From: an uncultured Planctomycetia bacterium
GTDB taxonomy: Bacteria > Omnitrophota > Gorgyraeia > Tantalellales > Tantalellaceae
Direction of reading: 5' to 3'
DNA: 64,000 nt
Assembly (NCBI GenBank): GCA_964421015.1
Contig: CAYQUS010000001.1
Location: 22,726-86,725, forward strand
Under the pieces are notes generated by a model. That model saw nothing but the letters and a program-made list of their open reading frames with translations, was not told where the DNA came from and made no database searches. Positions 39,723 through 48,989 of this stretch are shown here, one piece after another (position 1 is the first letter of the stretch; each line of letters begins with the position of its first letter). The translations under genes and the position numbers were made by a program.

Positions 39723-41045
39723 TCATACGATACCCTGGAACCTGTTCTTGCGGTAGGCCAGAAGAAACGCGCTCACTACTATAGGGTCGAACTGGGTACC
39801 TGAATTGTCACGGATTATCTGCATGGCTATTTCCGCCATTTTCCTCTGCCTGTAAGGTCTGTCGCTCGTTATAGCGTCGAATGTGTCGGCGACCGCTATT
39901 ATCCTGGCGACGAAGGGTATGTCTTCTCCTTTAAGGCCGTCCGGATACCCCGTCCCGTCGTATCGTTCATGATGTCCGCGCACTTCCCTGGCTATGTCTC
40001 CCAGTTCCCTTATGGGATATAGTATGGCGGCCCCGGTCACGGAATGTTCTTTTACCCGCTCATACTCGTCTTTGGTGAGCTGACTTTTCTTGTTCAGAAT
40101 ACTATCTGGAACCCCTATCTTCCCCACATCGTGAAGAAGGCTGGCCACATGCAGTGTTTCTTTGAAATTTTTATACGACTGGGCCTCCGGCATATCCGCC
40201 AGCTCATCCGCTATGGTCAGGGCTATCTGTGTAACCCTCTCCGTGTGTCCGTGCGTATATGGGTCGCGAGCGTCTATAGCCGCCGCTAGCGATATCGACG
40301 TATGTATGAATATCTTATGTTCACGCTCGTACAGGTTGTGAACTTCGTATATCTTGTCCTGCAGGTCCTGTATAAGCTGAGCGTTGGCGAGAGCCATGGC
40401 AACGTCATTAGCAAGCGTGGTAAAAAAGCCTATTTCCTGCCGCGAAAACTTTATATTTGAAAGTTTTTTACCCAGGACGAGAACGCCTATCAGGTCCTTT
40501 TTATAGTATATCGGTATGCATATATTTGATTTCAAAAGCTCCATCTGTTTCAGGGCTCTTTCGAACATATCCTTAAGTTCAATGTTCTTTTTTAAAGACT
40601 CGTTCCTCTGAAAAGAATCCAGAAGGCTCTTGTATTCTAGAGCGCCCGCTTCGGATATCTTGTAGTTATGCCTTTCCTGAAAAACCCTTATAAGAGGATT
40701 ATCGGTGGAAAGCCTTATGTATCCCACCGGTATCTTGACCCCTTCGGAGCCCTTGCTGTCCACCAGCACGTAAGCGTTCTTTTCTTTCTGAAAAACAAGC
40801 ATAGCGGTGTGAGCGACCTTCACCTGCTCGTCTATTATCCGCACTATGACCTTAATAAGCCTTTCCGGACGCTTGAACCGTATCATCGTGCGTGAAGCGC
40901 TTTCCAGCATGACCTGGTAATCAAGTTCTGCCTCGGGACGCTTCTGTATCATCTCAGGTTTCATAGGAATGAGCGCGCCGTCGCAATTTTTCATTTTTTC
41001 GGCTATCCAGTCCTGTAACTTAAGCCAGTTATCGTCGTAAGACAT
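39723..41045 (-). CDS. GAF-domain HD-GYP phosphodiesterase (c-di-GMP)
   Basis: HD motif HGHTERV...LLHDVGKIGVPD and GYP motif HHERYDGTGYPDGLKGEDIP, preceded by a GAF-like N-terminal region. Confidence 0.85.
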   Translation of the reverse strand: MSYDDNWLKLQDWIAEKMKNCDGALIPMKPEMIQKRPEAELDYQVMLESASRTMIRFKRPERLIKVIVRIIDEQVKVAHTAMLVFQKEKNAYVLVDSKGSEGVKIPVGYIRLSTDNPLIRVFQERHNYKISEAGALEYKSLLDSFQRNESLKKNIELKDMFERALKQMELLKSNICIPIYYKKDLIGVLVLGKKLSNIKFSRQEIGFFTTLANDVAMALANAQLIQDLQDKIYEVHNLYEREHKIFIHTSISLAAAIDARDPYTHGHTERVTQIALTIADELADMPEAQSYKNFKETLHVASLLHDVGKIGVPDSILNKKSQLTKDEYERVKEHSVTGAAILYPIRELGDIAREVRGHHERYDGTGYPDGLKGEDIPFVARIIAVADTFDAITSDRPYRQRKMAEIAMQIIRDNSGTQFDPIVVSAFLLAYRKNRFQGIV

Positions 41046-41071
41046 TTCATCCCGCCTTTTTTAAATTCTCA

Positions 41072-41446
41072 CTAAACAGTTTCCGTCTTGATCTGCTCCG
41101 CCAGCGTTAGAACGGTCCTTTCAAGCTGTTCCAGAAGAAGAGGCTTGGTGATATAATCAACGGCACCGCACTTGCGCGCCTCATCGACCGTATCCATGTC
41201 CTCAAGGGCCGTCACCACTATTACGCGGCACTTTTTCCCCATGGTCTTTATCTCTTTTAACGCTTCTATCCCTCCCATGACAGGCATTTTAAGGTCCAGA
41301 AGCACTATTTCCGGACTCTCCGCCCTGACAGCCTCAACGGCGGTTTTTCCGTTGTGGGCGATTTTAACGTCGAAATTCCTTTCCTTAAAGAAACTACGGA
41401 CGAAATCGCAGATATCCTCTTCATCATCTACCACAAGCAGCTTCAT
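41072..41446 (-). CDS. single-domain response regulator (CheY-like receiver)
   Basis: MKLLVVDDEEDI..., phospho-acceptor Asp (LLDLKMP), and T/K positions. The start was set to the ATG at 41446 after AGGAGAA. Confidence 0.8.
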   Translation of the reverse strand: MKLLVVDDEEDICDFVRSFFKERNFDVKIAHNGKTAVEAVRAESPEIVLLDLKMPVMGGIEALKEIKTMGKKCRVIVVTALEDMDTVDEARKCGAVDYITKPLLLEQLERTVLTLAEQIKTETV

Positions 41447-41492
41447 TTTGTTCTCCTTTGAAGTATTTTTGTCCGGACACGGCGGCCCGGAA

Positions 41493-43625
41493 CTAAGCAC
41501 TTGCCAACTGCGGCTCTTCTTGCGCGTAAAATTCCACGGTGAACTCTGTGCCTTTTCCCGGGAAACTTTCAACCGATATCCTGCCGTTATTCCTCTCCAC
41601 TATCTGCTTGACGATAAAAAGCCCGAGACCCGATCCCTCCCCGGGAGCCTTGGTCGTAAAAAACGGGTTGAAGATTCTAGGTACATCCTCTTTCTGTATC
41701 CCGGAACCGGTATCCTTCACTTTAACCACCACCCCTCTCGAAGAACGGCCGATCTTAAGATCTATTCTCCCGTTCTTTTTAATTGCCTGAGCGGCGTTCC
41801 GGACAATGTTGAAAAATATTTCCTGTACCTGTTTTTTGTCAGCCGTGATCATGGGGAGGTCTTTCTCAAAATCCTTGGCTATCTCTATGTTCTCAAGGCT
41901 CAGATCGTGTTCCACGAGGGATATCACTTCCCCGACTTCCTCGGCCACATTAACTCCGGGCGTAAGCTTACCTGAAGCCGGCTTGGCGAAAGAAGCGAGT
42001 TTTTTGGTTATGGCAGCAGCTCTATCTGTTTCTCTGACAACTTTTTCCATGATAGAACGGGCCTTTTCGACAAGCTCGGCCGGCGGCTTGTCTTTATAAA
42101 CTCCGTCTCTGAGATTCAGTATGAACATCTCGCATTGCCCTCTTATTATGCCGAGCGGATTGCAGATTTCATGGTTTATTCCGGCTGAAAGAGTCCCGAT
42201 AACCGCCATTTTCTCCCTTTGCGCCGCCTGAGCCTGCGCTTCTGAGAGCTGTTCGAAAAGCCTGGCGTTGACTATGGCCACCGACAAGGTCTTGGCTAGG
42301 GTAAGTATGACATCAACGTCATCCTGCGTGAACCCTTCATCAGAAAGCTTATTGCCCAGAATAAGAGCCCCTACCGCTGTTTTTCTGTGTAACAAAGGAA
42401 TGAAAAGCGCGGCTCCCATCCTTTCAAACTCATCGTGCATATCCTTATCCTCGGAAAGGACAGGCCTTAGGATATATCCCCCTTCCGCCACAGCCCTGGC
42501 CACTATCTCCTTTGTACACTCCCCAATGGGAGCCTGTCCGGAGAAAGCCGCCAATTCGTACGAATCACTGCGTTCGGAACGCAGGAAAATAGCGGCGCTA
42601 TCCAACTTGACTATCTCGGTAATGGTTCCTACCGTCATCTCCACAAGGCTCCTTCGGTCAAGCACCGTAAGAACCTCATCGGAAAATTTCCTTAAAAGAT
42701 GCTTGTAATCGTATTTTTTCTGAAAAAGATATTTGTCCGTGACTTCTCTCAGAAAATTTTCCAAAGGCCTGACAATGAGCACGATAATGAATATGGACGG
42801 AGCGAGCGCTATCCACCTGTTCCTCACGATATTCTCGAAAAATACCGCGCCTATGTATGCAAAACCGGCGAAAATAGAGTACGATGCCGCAAAAAGTCCC
42901 CCAAAAACTATCGTCTTGCGGACGATGACACCTATGTCCATGAGATTATGCCTTACTATCGCGTAAGCGATTATAAAAGTGTAAAGAGGAACCGTTATGT
43001 TCAAAACCGGGTAAACATTGATCCCGAAACACGGTAGATATGATGTTCCGCCCCCGATAAAGCCAAGAGCCATAGCTACGAAGAAATATCCTATCTGTGT
43101 CCTTTTAACCCCTGACACCTTTCTGTAAGTCGCGATGAGCCTGAAAAGAAGATATGAAAGAAGCCCTCCGTACAGGAACAAGGTATGAAAAATATGGAGC
43201 GGGCCCGGAGGATATATCCACCAGGCCGGAGCGAACCACCTAGAATCGGTAAAAAGCAGTTTAACGTGTCCTACAAAAAGTTTCGGGAAAAAGAGATTAA
43301 CTAACCATATCCCCGCCGTCAGCATATATATAACTCTCAGCATGCGGGATTTAGGAACACCCAGAAAATCGTAAACAAAATGCATAAAAAGAACGGGTAG
43401 CATTATCACTCCCATGTACGAGAACTGCCACCATCTGAAAGCCGCGTTGTAATCGGCCGCCCCCGAAGCCATAAAAGCCCCGAAACCGTAAACAGCGACG
43501 CACGCCGTAAAAATAGCCCATAGACGCGTGGCTTTGCTGCCTCCACCCTTCAAAAATACAAAGAGGGCCACTGCCGAATTGGTCAGCGCTCCCAGAGCAT
43601 TTGATATCCCGTAGAGATCAAACAT
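41493..43625 (-). CDS. sensor histidine kinase with N-terminal 7TM domain and GAF domain
   Basis: About 300-aa polytopic N-terminus, a GAF-like middle, the HisKA H-box SAGINHEICNPL, and HATPase N and G boxes (DTGSGI, GSGLGLFIV). Confidence 0.8.
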   Translation of the reverse strand: MFDLYGISNALGALTNSAVALFVFLKGGGSKATRLWAIFTACVAVYGFGAFMASGAADYNAAFRWWQFSYMGVIMLPVLFMHFVYDFLGVPKSRMLRVIYMLTAGIWLVNLFFPKLFVGHVKLLFTDSRWFAPAWWIYPPGPLHIFHTLFLYGGLLSYLLFRLIATYRKVSGVKRTQIGYFFVAMALGFIGGGTSYLPCFGINVYPVLNITVPLYTFIIAYAIVRHNLMDIGVIVRKTIVFGGLFAASYSIFAGFAYIGAVFFENIVRNRWIALAPSIFIIVLIVRPLENFLREVTDKYLFQKKYDYKHLLRKFSDEVLTVLDRRSLVEMTVGTITEIVKLDSAAIFLRSERSDSYELAAFSGQAPIGECTKEIVARAVAEGGYILRPVLSEDKDMHDEFERMGAALFIPLLHRKTAVGALILGNKLSDEGFTQDDVDVILTLAKTLSVAIVNARLFEQLSEAQAQAAQREKMAVIGTLSAGINHEICNPLGIIRGQCEMFILNLRDGVYKDKPPAELVEKARSIMEKVVRETDRAAAITKKLASFAKPASGKLTPGVNVAEEVGEVISLVEHDLSLENIEIAKDFEKDLPMITADKKQVQEIFFNIVRNAAQAIKKNGRIDLKIGRSSRGVVVKVKDTGSGIQKEDVPRIFNPFFTTKAPGEGSGLGLFIVKQIVERNNGRISVESFPGKGTEFTVEFYAQEEPQLASA

Positions 43626-43626
43626 A

Positions 43627-44919
43627 TCAGTCAGAAAGTATATGGCGGCTAAGCCTTTTTGCCAGCGCGATTATCGTGACTATCGGCGGCGCCCCCGGTG
43701 AAACGGGAAGTACGCTGGCGTCACAAACGTAAAGGTCTCTCACTTTTGTCTCAAGATCTGTATTTACCACATCCCCTATCGCGGCCGATCCTCCGGGATG
43801 GGCCCCTCTGGGTTTTGTGAATATTATGTCTTTCTCTCTTATGCCGGCTTCCAGCAATATATCGCGGGAGAACCTGGCGCCCTCGTCTAACCGTAACCGG
43901 TCCTGGGGAGTCAACACCTTCTCGAATTTCTCATCTTCTGTAACTTTGCCGTAACTGTCATCCCTGGTCTTCGCCATAATCCCCACAAGATTCTCGTAGC
44001 GGAAACCTTTTAGCTGTTTTCGCTTAGACATCACCCAGCGCAGGACAAGAGGCACGTCTATGAATGGGGAAAGTATGAAACCCCTGTCCTGATAATACTT
44101 TTTACTGACCACGGCCATTGTAGGTTCTTTCCAGAGGTTTATATCCCTGTCCCTTACAATGCCGTAAGTAACGTTAAAAACATCCACAAAAAGCCTGTTC
44201 CCGGCCTCACGTAATCCGCTTCTTCTGAGAATAACGGGAGTCCCTATACCTCCAGCAGAAATTATCACCTTGTTAGCGTAGATCTTAAAGGTCTTGTTCT
44301 CTCTCTCTGCGACAACCCCTATAGCTTTCCCCTTGTGGATCACAACCGACTTTACGTTGGTGCCGGTCAAGAGATCTGCCCCTGCCCGTCTTGCTTTCTC
44401 TATCAATCGTCCCGACGACCACTTGGCCCCTCTCGGACAACCAAGAACGCATTTCCCGCAGGAATTGCATTTGTCGAAATCGATGTATTTAGGCATCGGC
44501 TCCATTCCGAGCCCCAGGCGATTGCCGGCTTCCATGATAAGCCTTGATCCGGAACCTATCAAACGCTCCGGCAGAGGAGCTATCTTAAGCTCTTTTTCCG
44601 TTTCCTCAAACTCGGCGCCGAGGGATATTCCTCTTTCGAGAAGCTCTTTTTCAAGAACGCGTATACCGTTGCCGCAGCTTACAACCGTGGTGCCACCGAC
44701 CATAAGGCCTCTGTAGACTATTATGCCCTCGCGGCTTGTCCTGAGAGCGCACCTGTCATAGATCTCCATTACGGCCGTACGGAGAGTCCCTATCTTTTTC
44801 GCGAACTTACCTCTTTCCAAAACTAGCACTTTTCTGCCTCCGGCGGAAAGTTCCTTGGCGACCGCGGCTCCCCCGGCTCCGGTACCGACCACTACGATGT
44901 CCGTTTTTATAACGCTCAT
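43627..44919 (-). CDS. GMC-family FAD oxidoreductase (short form)
   Basis: FAD motif DIVVVGTGAGGA and a C-terminal GMC-like active-site region (HPGGSAAIG). Confidence 0.65.
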   Translation of the reverse strand: MSVIKTDIVVVGTGAGGAAVAKELSAGGRKVLVLERGKFAKKIGTLRTAVMEIYDRCALRTSREGIIVYRGLMVGGTTVVSCGNGIRVLEKELLERGISLGAEFEETEKELKIAPLPERLIGSGSRLIMEAGNRLGLGMEPMPKYIDFDKCNSCGKCVLGCPRGAKWSSGRLIEKARRAGADLLTGTNVKSVVIHKGKAIGVVAERENKTFKIYANKVIISAGGIGTPVILRRSGLREAGNRLFVDVFNVTYGIVRDRDINLWKEPTMAVVSKKYYQDRGFILSPFIDVPLVLRWVMSKRKQLKGFRYENLVGIMAKTRDDSYGKVTEDEKFEKVLTPQDRLRLDEGARFSRDILLEAGIREKDIIFTKPRGAHPGGSAAIGDVVNTDLETKVRDLYVCDASVLPVSPGAPPIVTIIALAKRLSRHILSD

Positions 44920-44928
44920 TTCGCTCCT

Positions 44929-46176
44929 TTATCTGGCCTCTTTTACTCCGTCTGCGTGGGCCTTTTGTATTCCGAAGTTCCTGCCCCTGGCAAATTCCAT
45001 CAAGGCCCTGAAATTACCCTGGTCCACGGCGGGGCACTCAAGCCCCTCGGAGAGAAGTATCTTTTTGAGATTACTTGTGCTGAATAGCATGGGGTCAGAC
45101 GTTATGTACGGAGTGTATATTTTCCCCACAGTTTTGTAATACAGACTTTCAAGCTTGTTCATATCGGAAGGGATGCTGTCGACATGCTTAAGCCCCTGGA
45201 TATTGAGCGTCTCGAACATTATTGGGATATACTGCCCGTGAAGTGTCTCGCAGTTATTCACCAGATGATAGCTTCCGCATCCGTCTTCGGCCGTAGAAAC
45301 AGCATACATCACCTTAGCAGCGTAATCCGCCGGAACCACGTTGAGACCGGATCTTTCGTTGTACTGTATCCTGGCCTCCATCAGGGCCGGGCGGTCATAA
45401 ATACCGTCAAGACTGCCGGTCTGTTTCAGTTTGGCCCTCAGAAAAAATGCGGCCCAGGCGTAAAAAACATCGAATTTATTTATAAATCCTATCTCGTTTT
45501 CCATCAAACGCCCGCAAATGGTGGATGATCTGAAGTACTTGCACGGAACACCTTTCTCTTCTGAAAACATCCTTACCAGCATTTCGGCCTCAAGTTTTGT
45601 GGCCTCATAGGGGTTCCTGAACTCCTGCTTGAGATTGATAAAATCAGGCCTTATCTCTCCCTTTTCTTTCCCGCAGGAGTAGGCGCTGCCTACATAACAT
45701 AACTGTTTTACATCCAGAGCGGAAACAAGGTCAAGCACCCCCTCTGTGCCCATTACGTTCGTGCGCCTCAGGGCTTTTATTGTCTCTTCTGAGCTCCTGA
45801 AATCAGTTAAGGCCGCTACATGAAAAACTATGTCTATGGGCGAAGCCTTGAGATAATCGTAATCTTCCGCCGATATACCAAGATCGGGTTTGTCCAGGTC
45901 CAGGTGCACGCACCTTATAACATTCTTAAAAAGGAACGGGGTGTCAAGGATCTCATCCTTGCTCAGGCCGAGATATGAAGAACCCTCATTGACCATCAGA
46001 TCTTTTATCCGCTGCTCGATCGCGAGATTGTTCTTGCCCCGCCCGAGTATTATGATCTCGATCTTGTCCAGACAGCTGATATTGCGCTTAACTATCTCAA
46101 AAAGCAGATTGCTTCCCAAAAGACCGGTGGCACCGGTTATCGCGAAACGTCTCCTTTTCCCCGTCAGCATATTCAA
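44929..46176 (-). CDS. extended SDR / thioester-reductase-like (NAD_binding_4, fatty-acyl-reductase family) protein
   Basis: Rossmann motif ITGATGLLGSNL, catalytic YxxxK (YEATK), 415 aa. The architecture resembles fatty acyl-CoA reductase / thioester reductase domains. Confidence 0.6.
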   Translation of the reverse strand: MNMLTGKRRRFAITGATGLLGSNLLFEIVKRNISCLDKIEIIILGRGKNNLAIEQRIKDLMVNEGSSYLGLSKDEILDTPFLFKNVIRCVHLDLDKPDLGISAEDYDYLKASPIDIVFHVAALTDFRSSEETIKALRRTNVMGTEGVLDLVSALDVKQLCYVGSAYSCGKEKGEIRPDFINLKQEFRNPYEATKLEAEMLVRMFSEEKGVPCKYFRSSTICGRLMENEIGFINKFDVFYAWAAFFLRAKLKQTGSLDGIYDRPALMEARIQYNERSGLNVVPADYAAKVMYAVSTAEDGCGSYHLVNNCETLHGQYIPIMFETLNIQGLKHVDSIPSDMNKLESLYYKTVGKIYTPYITSDPMLFSTSNLKKILLSEGLECPAVDQGNFRALMEFARGRNFGIQKAHADGVKEAR

Positions 46177-46186
46177 ACACTCCTCG

Positions 46187-46393
46187 TCAATTTTTCTTTT
46201 CAGATTTCAATTCCTGATCTCCTATCCACCTGTCAATGGTATCCTTCTTGAACCGCCATTTTGAACCAACTTTAAACGCGGGTATACGCCCTTCCTGGGC
46301 GTGTTTATAGATCGTCACGGTTTTCATTTTCAGATACCTTGCCAGCTCATCAACGGTCATCATTTGATCGGTCATAAACACCTCTTTAAACAC
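46187..46393 (-). CDS. excisionase-family (MerR-like HTH_17) DNA-binding protein
   Basis: 68 aa; MTVDELARYLKMKTVTIYKHAQEGRIPAFKVGSKWRF matches the excisionase-family HTH pattern. Confidence 0.6.
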   Translation of the reverse strand: MFKEVFMTDQMMTVDELARYLKMKTVTIYKHAQEGRIPAFKVGSKWRFKKDTIDRWIGDQELKSEKKN

Positions 46394-46576
46394 CAGACGG
46401 CAAACCCTTCAATTTCAAAGGGTTACCTTAAATTTGATATAAACGGAAAAGTCCGTATTAGTATGATTTCTTATCGTTTGTTACTAATTATCAGATGCTT
46501 GAAGTATAATGATTCGCAGAGAGAAGTCAAGAAAACGGGGTTTAATGCCCTTATTGCCGTAATAACTGTGAAAAAC

Positions 46577-47026
46577 TCACAAAAAACACAAAACAGCCCG
46601 AAGCAGAAGGTGAGCGAAAACTCCCGACAGAAGGTCATCCAGCATTATCCCCCACCCTCCTTTCAGTTTCTCGGCAAAGGATACGGGAGGGGGTTTGAGT
46701 ATATCAAAAAGACGGTACAGTATAAATCCCGCAGGAACAGTGATTATATCCATGGGCAGGAGAAAAAAGACAACGAGCGCGCAGGAAAACTCGTCAATAA
46801 CAATATGTGATGGATCTTTCTGTTTCGCGCGTTTTTCGGTCTTTTCGGAAGCTATCAATCCTGCCAGGAAAAGAAAAATAAAGACCGCCGCGCCCAGTAC
46901 CGGGTCCTTCCTAAGAAAAAAACTCAAAACAACCCCGGCCAGGCTCGCCAAAGTCCCCGGCGCGTACCTGACGTAACCCATCCCTCCCACAGTGCTGATT
47001 AATTCCCAGACTCTCAAACCGTCCAC
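46577..47026 (-). CDS. pgpA: phosphatidylglycerophosphatase A
   Basis: PgpA-like motifs (GMGYVRYAPGTLASL, HIVIDEF, MLDDLLSG), about 150 aa, adjacent to pgsA. Confidence 0.75.
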   Translation of the reverse strand: MDGLRVWELISTVGGMGYVRYAPGTLASLAGVVLSFFLRKDPVLGAAVFIFLFLAGLIASEKTEKRAKQKDPSHIVIDEFSCALVVFFLLPMDIITVPAGFILYRLFDILKPPPVSFAEKLKGGWGIMLDDLLSGVFAHLLLRAVLCFL

Positions 47027-47028
47027 CT

Positions 47029-47640
47029 CTATTTTACCCGGTATCTATTTTTTGCGCCGCTCAGCCAGGGCAGATGCTCTCTGTTCTCCCAGAAATAAGA
47101 GACCCCGCTTGCCACGGTAAGCACGGCCGTTACTATCATCATTATGATTATGCCCTGCCCGAAATAATATTCCGCATCAGGGGTCCAGAAACCGAACATC
47201 CCGCTTCCCCCCTCTCTCAGAACGATGAAAACCAGTATCACAAAAATCGAGACCATCTGGGAGACCGTCTTCCTCTTTCCGGCCGAAGCCGCCGATAGGA
47301 CCTTGCCGGAAAGAAGAGCTTTCAGCCTGAACCCCGTCACCATGATCTCTCTTATAAAGATCACCACTACTATCTTATCCGGGACAATGCCCATATAACA
47401 AAAAACTGCGAAGGCGGACAGGGTAAGCACTTTATCCGCGACCGGATCCATTATTCTGCCGAAATCAGATACGATATTGTTTTTCTTGGCTATCCATCCG
47501 TCAAGATAATCTGTAAATGCCGCCAGAAGAAAGATAAATAGAGCAATTGTTTTCGCCGCGGCTCCAGGAACAAAAAGCAGAAATAAGAAAACCACAGTGA
47601 GGATGATCCTGGAAATAGTGATCTTGTTAGGTAAATTCAT
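47029..47640 (-). CDS. pgsA: CDP-diacylglycerol--glycerol-3-phosphate 3-phosphatidyltransferase
   Basis: CDP-alcohol phosphatidyltransferase motif DYLDGWIAKKNNIVSDFGRIMDPVADK. Confidence 0.85.
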   Translation of the reverse strand: MNLPNKITISRIILTVVFLFLLFVPGAAAKTIALFIFLLAAFTDYLDGWIAKKNNIVSDFGRIMDPVADKVLTLSAFAVFCYMGIVPDKIVVVIFIREIMVTGFRLKALLSGKVLSAASAGKRKTVSQMVSIFVILVFIVLREGGSGMFGFWTPDAEYYFGQGIIIMMIVTAVLTVASGVSYFWENREHLPWLSGAKNRYRVK

Positions 47641-48989
47641 ACTACATCTCCCTTAAGATCGTATTCAGCGGCGGAAGAGATCTTAACATTTACAAATTCT
47701 CCGGGTTTAAGATCTTTCCCGCTTACATACACAGTTCCATCCACTTCCGGAGCGTCCATGTACGACCTTCCCTTAAAAATGCCGTTTCCCGCGGCATCGG
47801 GTTCGTCTATAATAACCTCCAGCACTCTCCCTATGAGCGAGTCGTTCTTTTCGGCCGATATGGTCTGCTGGATCTCCATTATACGGGAAAACCTTTCCTT
47901 TTTTACTTTTTCAGGGACTTGGCCGGAAAAGTTAAAGGCGGGGGTGCCCTCTTCTCTTGAATAAACAAAAGCCCCCAGCCTCTCGAACTTAACCTCTGAA
48001 ATAAAATCGAAGAGCTCGCGGAAACGTTTTTCTGTTTCTCCCGGGAACCCGAGTATCACGGATGTCCTGAGCACAACACCGTCTATTCCCAGCCGTATGC
48101 GGTCAATAAGGGACTGTATATCTTTTTTGGTGACCTTCCTGTTCATGCGGTCAAGTATGGTATCGTTCACGTGCTGAATGGGGATATCGACATAACGGCA
48201 CACATTGGGAGTCGTCGATATTGTCTTTATGAGCCGGTCGGTAAAATGCGCGGGATGCGTATAAAGCAGTCTCACCCACCCGTCGTCCATCACGGCCGAG
48301 ACCTCTCTTATCAGATCCGAAATATCCTCTCCGCCCGGCGCGTCAAAACCAAAAGACGTTGTGTCCTGGCCGACAAGAACCGCTTCCTTAAGGCCGTATT
48401 TCTTTTTCAGGGCCTTAACCTCTGAAACCACCGACTTGAGTTCTCTGCTACGCCTGCTCCCTTTAAGCGAAGGGATAACGCAATACGAACATCTATTGGA
48501 ACACCCTTCCTGTATCTTTACATACGCGAAATGTCCGGGGGTAAAAATATTTCTGGGAGAATTGTGGTCATAAAGGTATCCCGGAGAGGAACTGACCTTT
48601 TTCTTCCTTTTAGCGGATGGATCTCCGGCAAGAAAAAGCGGGATCTCTGAAAAATCCGAGGAGCCGAAAACAGCGTCTATCTCTTTTATTTCGTCGAAGA
48701 GTTCCGAAGAATACCTCTGGGCAAGGCATCCGGTCACCAGAAGTCTGCTGATTTTTCCCGACTTCTTCATTTCGGCAAGCTGGAGTATACAGTCTATGGA
48801 TTCTTTTTTGGCGTCCGCGATAAATCCGCAGGTATTAACTATCGCTATATCCGCGTCTTCCGCGCTTTCAGAAAGACAAAAACCGGCCTTTTCCAACTGG
48901 CCGGAAAGCACTTCGCTGTCGACCAGATTCCTGGAACAACCCAGGCTTAAGACAAAAATTTTTTTCATGGAATGCGAAAAAACGGTCAA
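47637..48989 (-). CDS. rimO: ribosomal protein S12 methylthiotransferase (MiaB-family)
   Basis: MTTase N-terminal Cys triad, radical-SAM CSNRCSYC, and a C-terminal TRAM domain. Its length and context fit RimO. Confidence 0.75.
   Translation of the reverse strand: MTVFSHSMKKIFVLSLGCSRNLVDSEVLSGQLEKAGFCLSESAEDADIAIVNTCGFIADAKKESIDCILQLAEMKKSGKISRLLVTGCLAQRYSSELFDEIKEIDAVFGSSDFSEIPLFLAGDPSAKRKKKVSSSPGYLYDHNSPRNIFTPGHFAYVKIQEGCSNRCSYCVIPSLKGSRRSRELKSVVSEVKALKKKYGLKEAVLVGQDTTSFGFDAPGGEDISDLIREVSAVMDDGWVRLLYTHPAHFTDRLIKTISTTPNVCRYVDIPIQHVNDTILDRMNRKVTKKDIQSLIDRIRLGIDGVVLRTSVILGFPGETEKRFRELFDFISEVKFERLGAFVYSREEGTPAFNFSGQVPEKVKKERFSRIMEIQQTISAEKNDSLIGRVLEVIIDEPDAAGNGIFKGRSYMDAPEVDGTVYVSGKDLKPGEFVNVKISSAAEYDLKGDVV

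Noticed and set aside
39685-39723. Possible bidirectional terminator between the convergent XRE-cupin and HD-GYP genes
   Set aside because: The 38-nt spacer contains no convincing GC-rich hairpin with a U-tract on either strand.
46187-46393. Excisionase-family HTH gene as a prophage remnant
   Set aside because: No integrase, repeats or phage genes are adjacent. These HTH_17 proteins are common stand-alone regulators, and it heads a metabolic operon.
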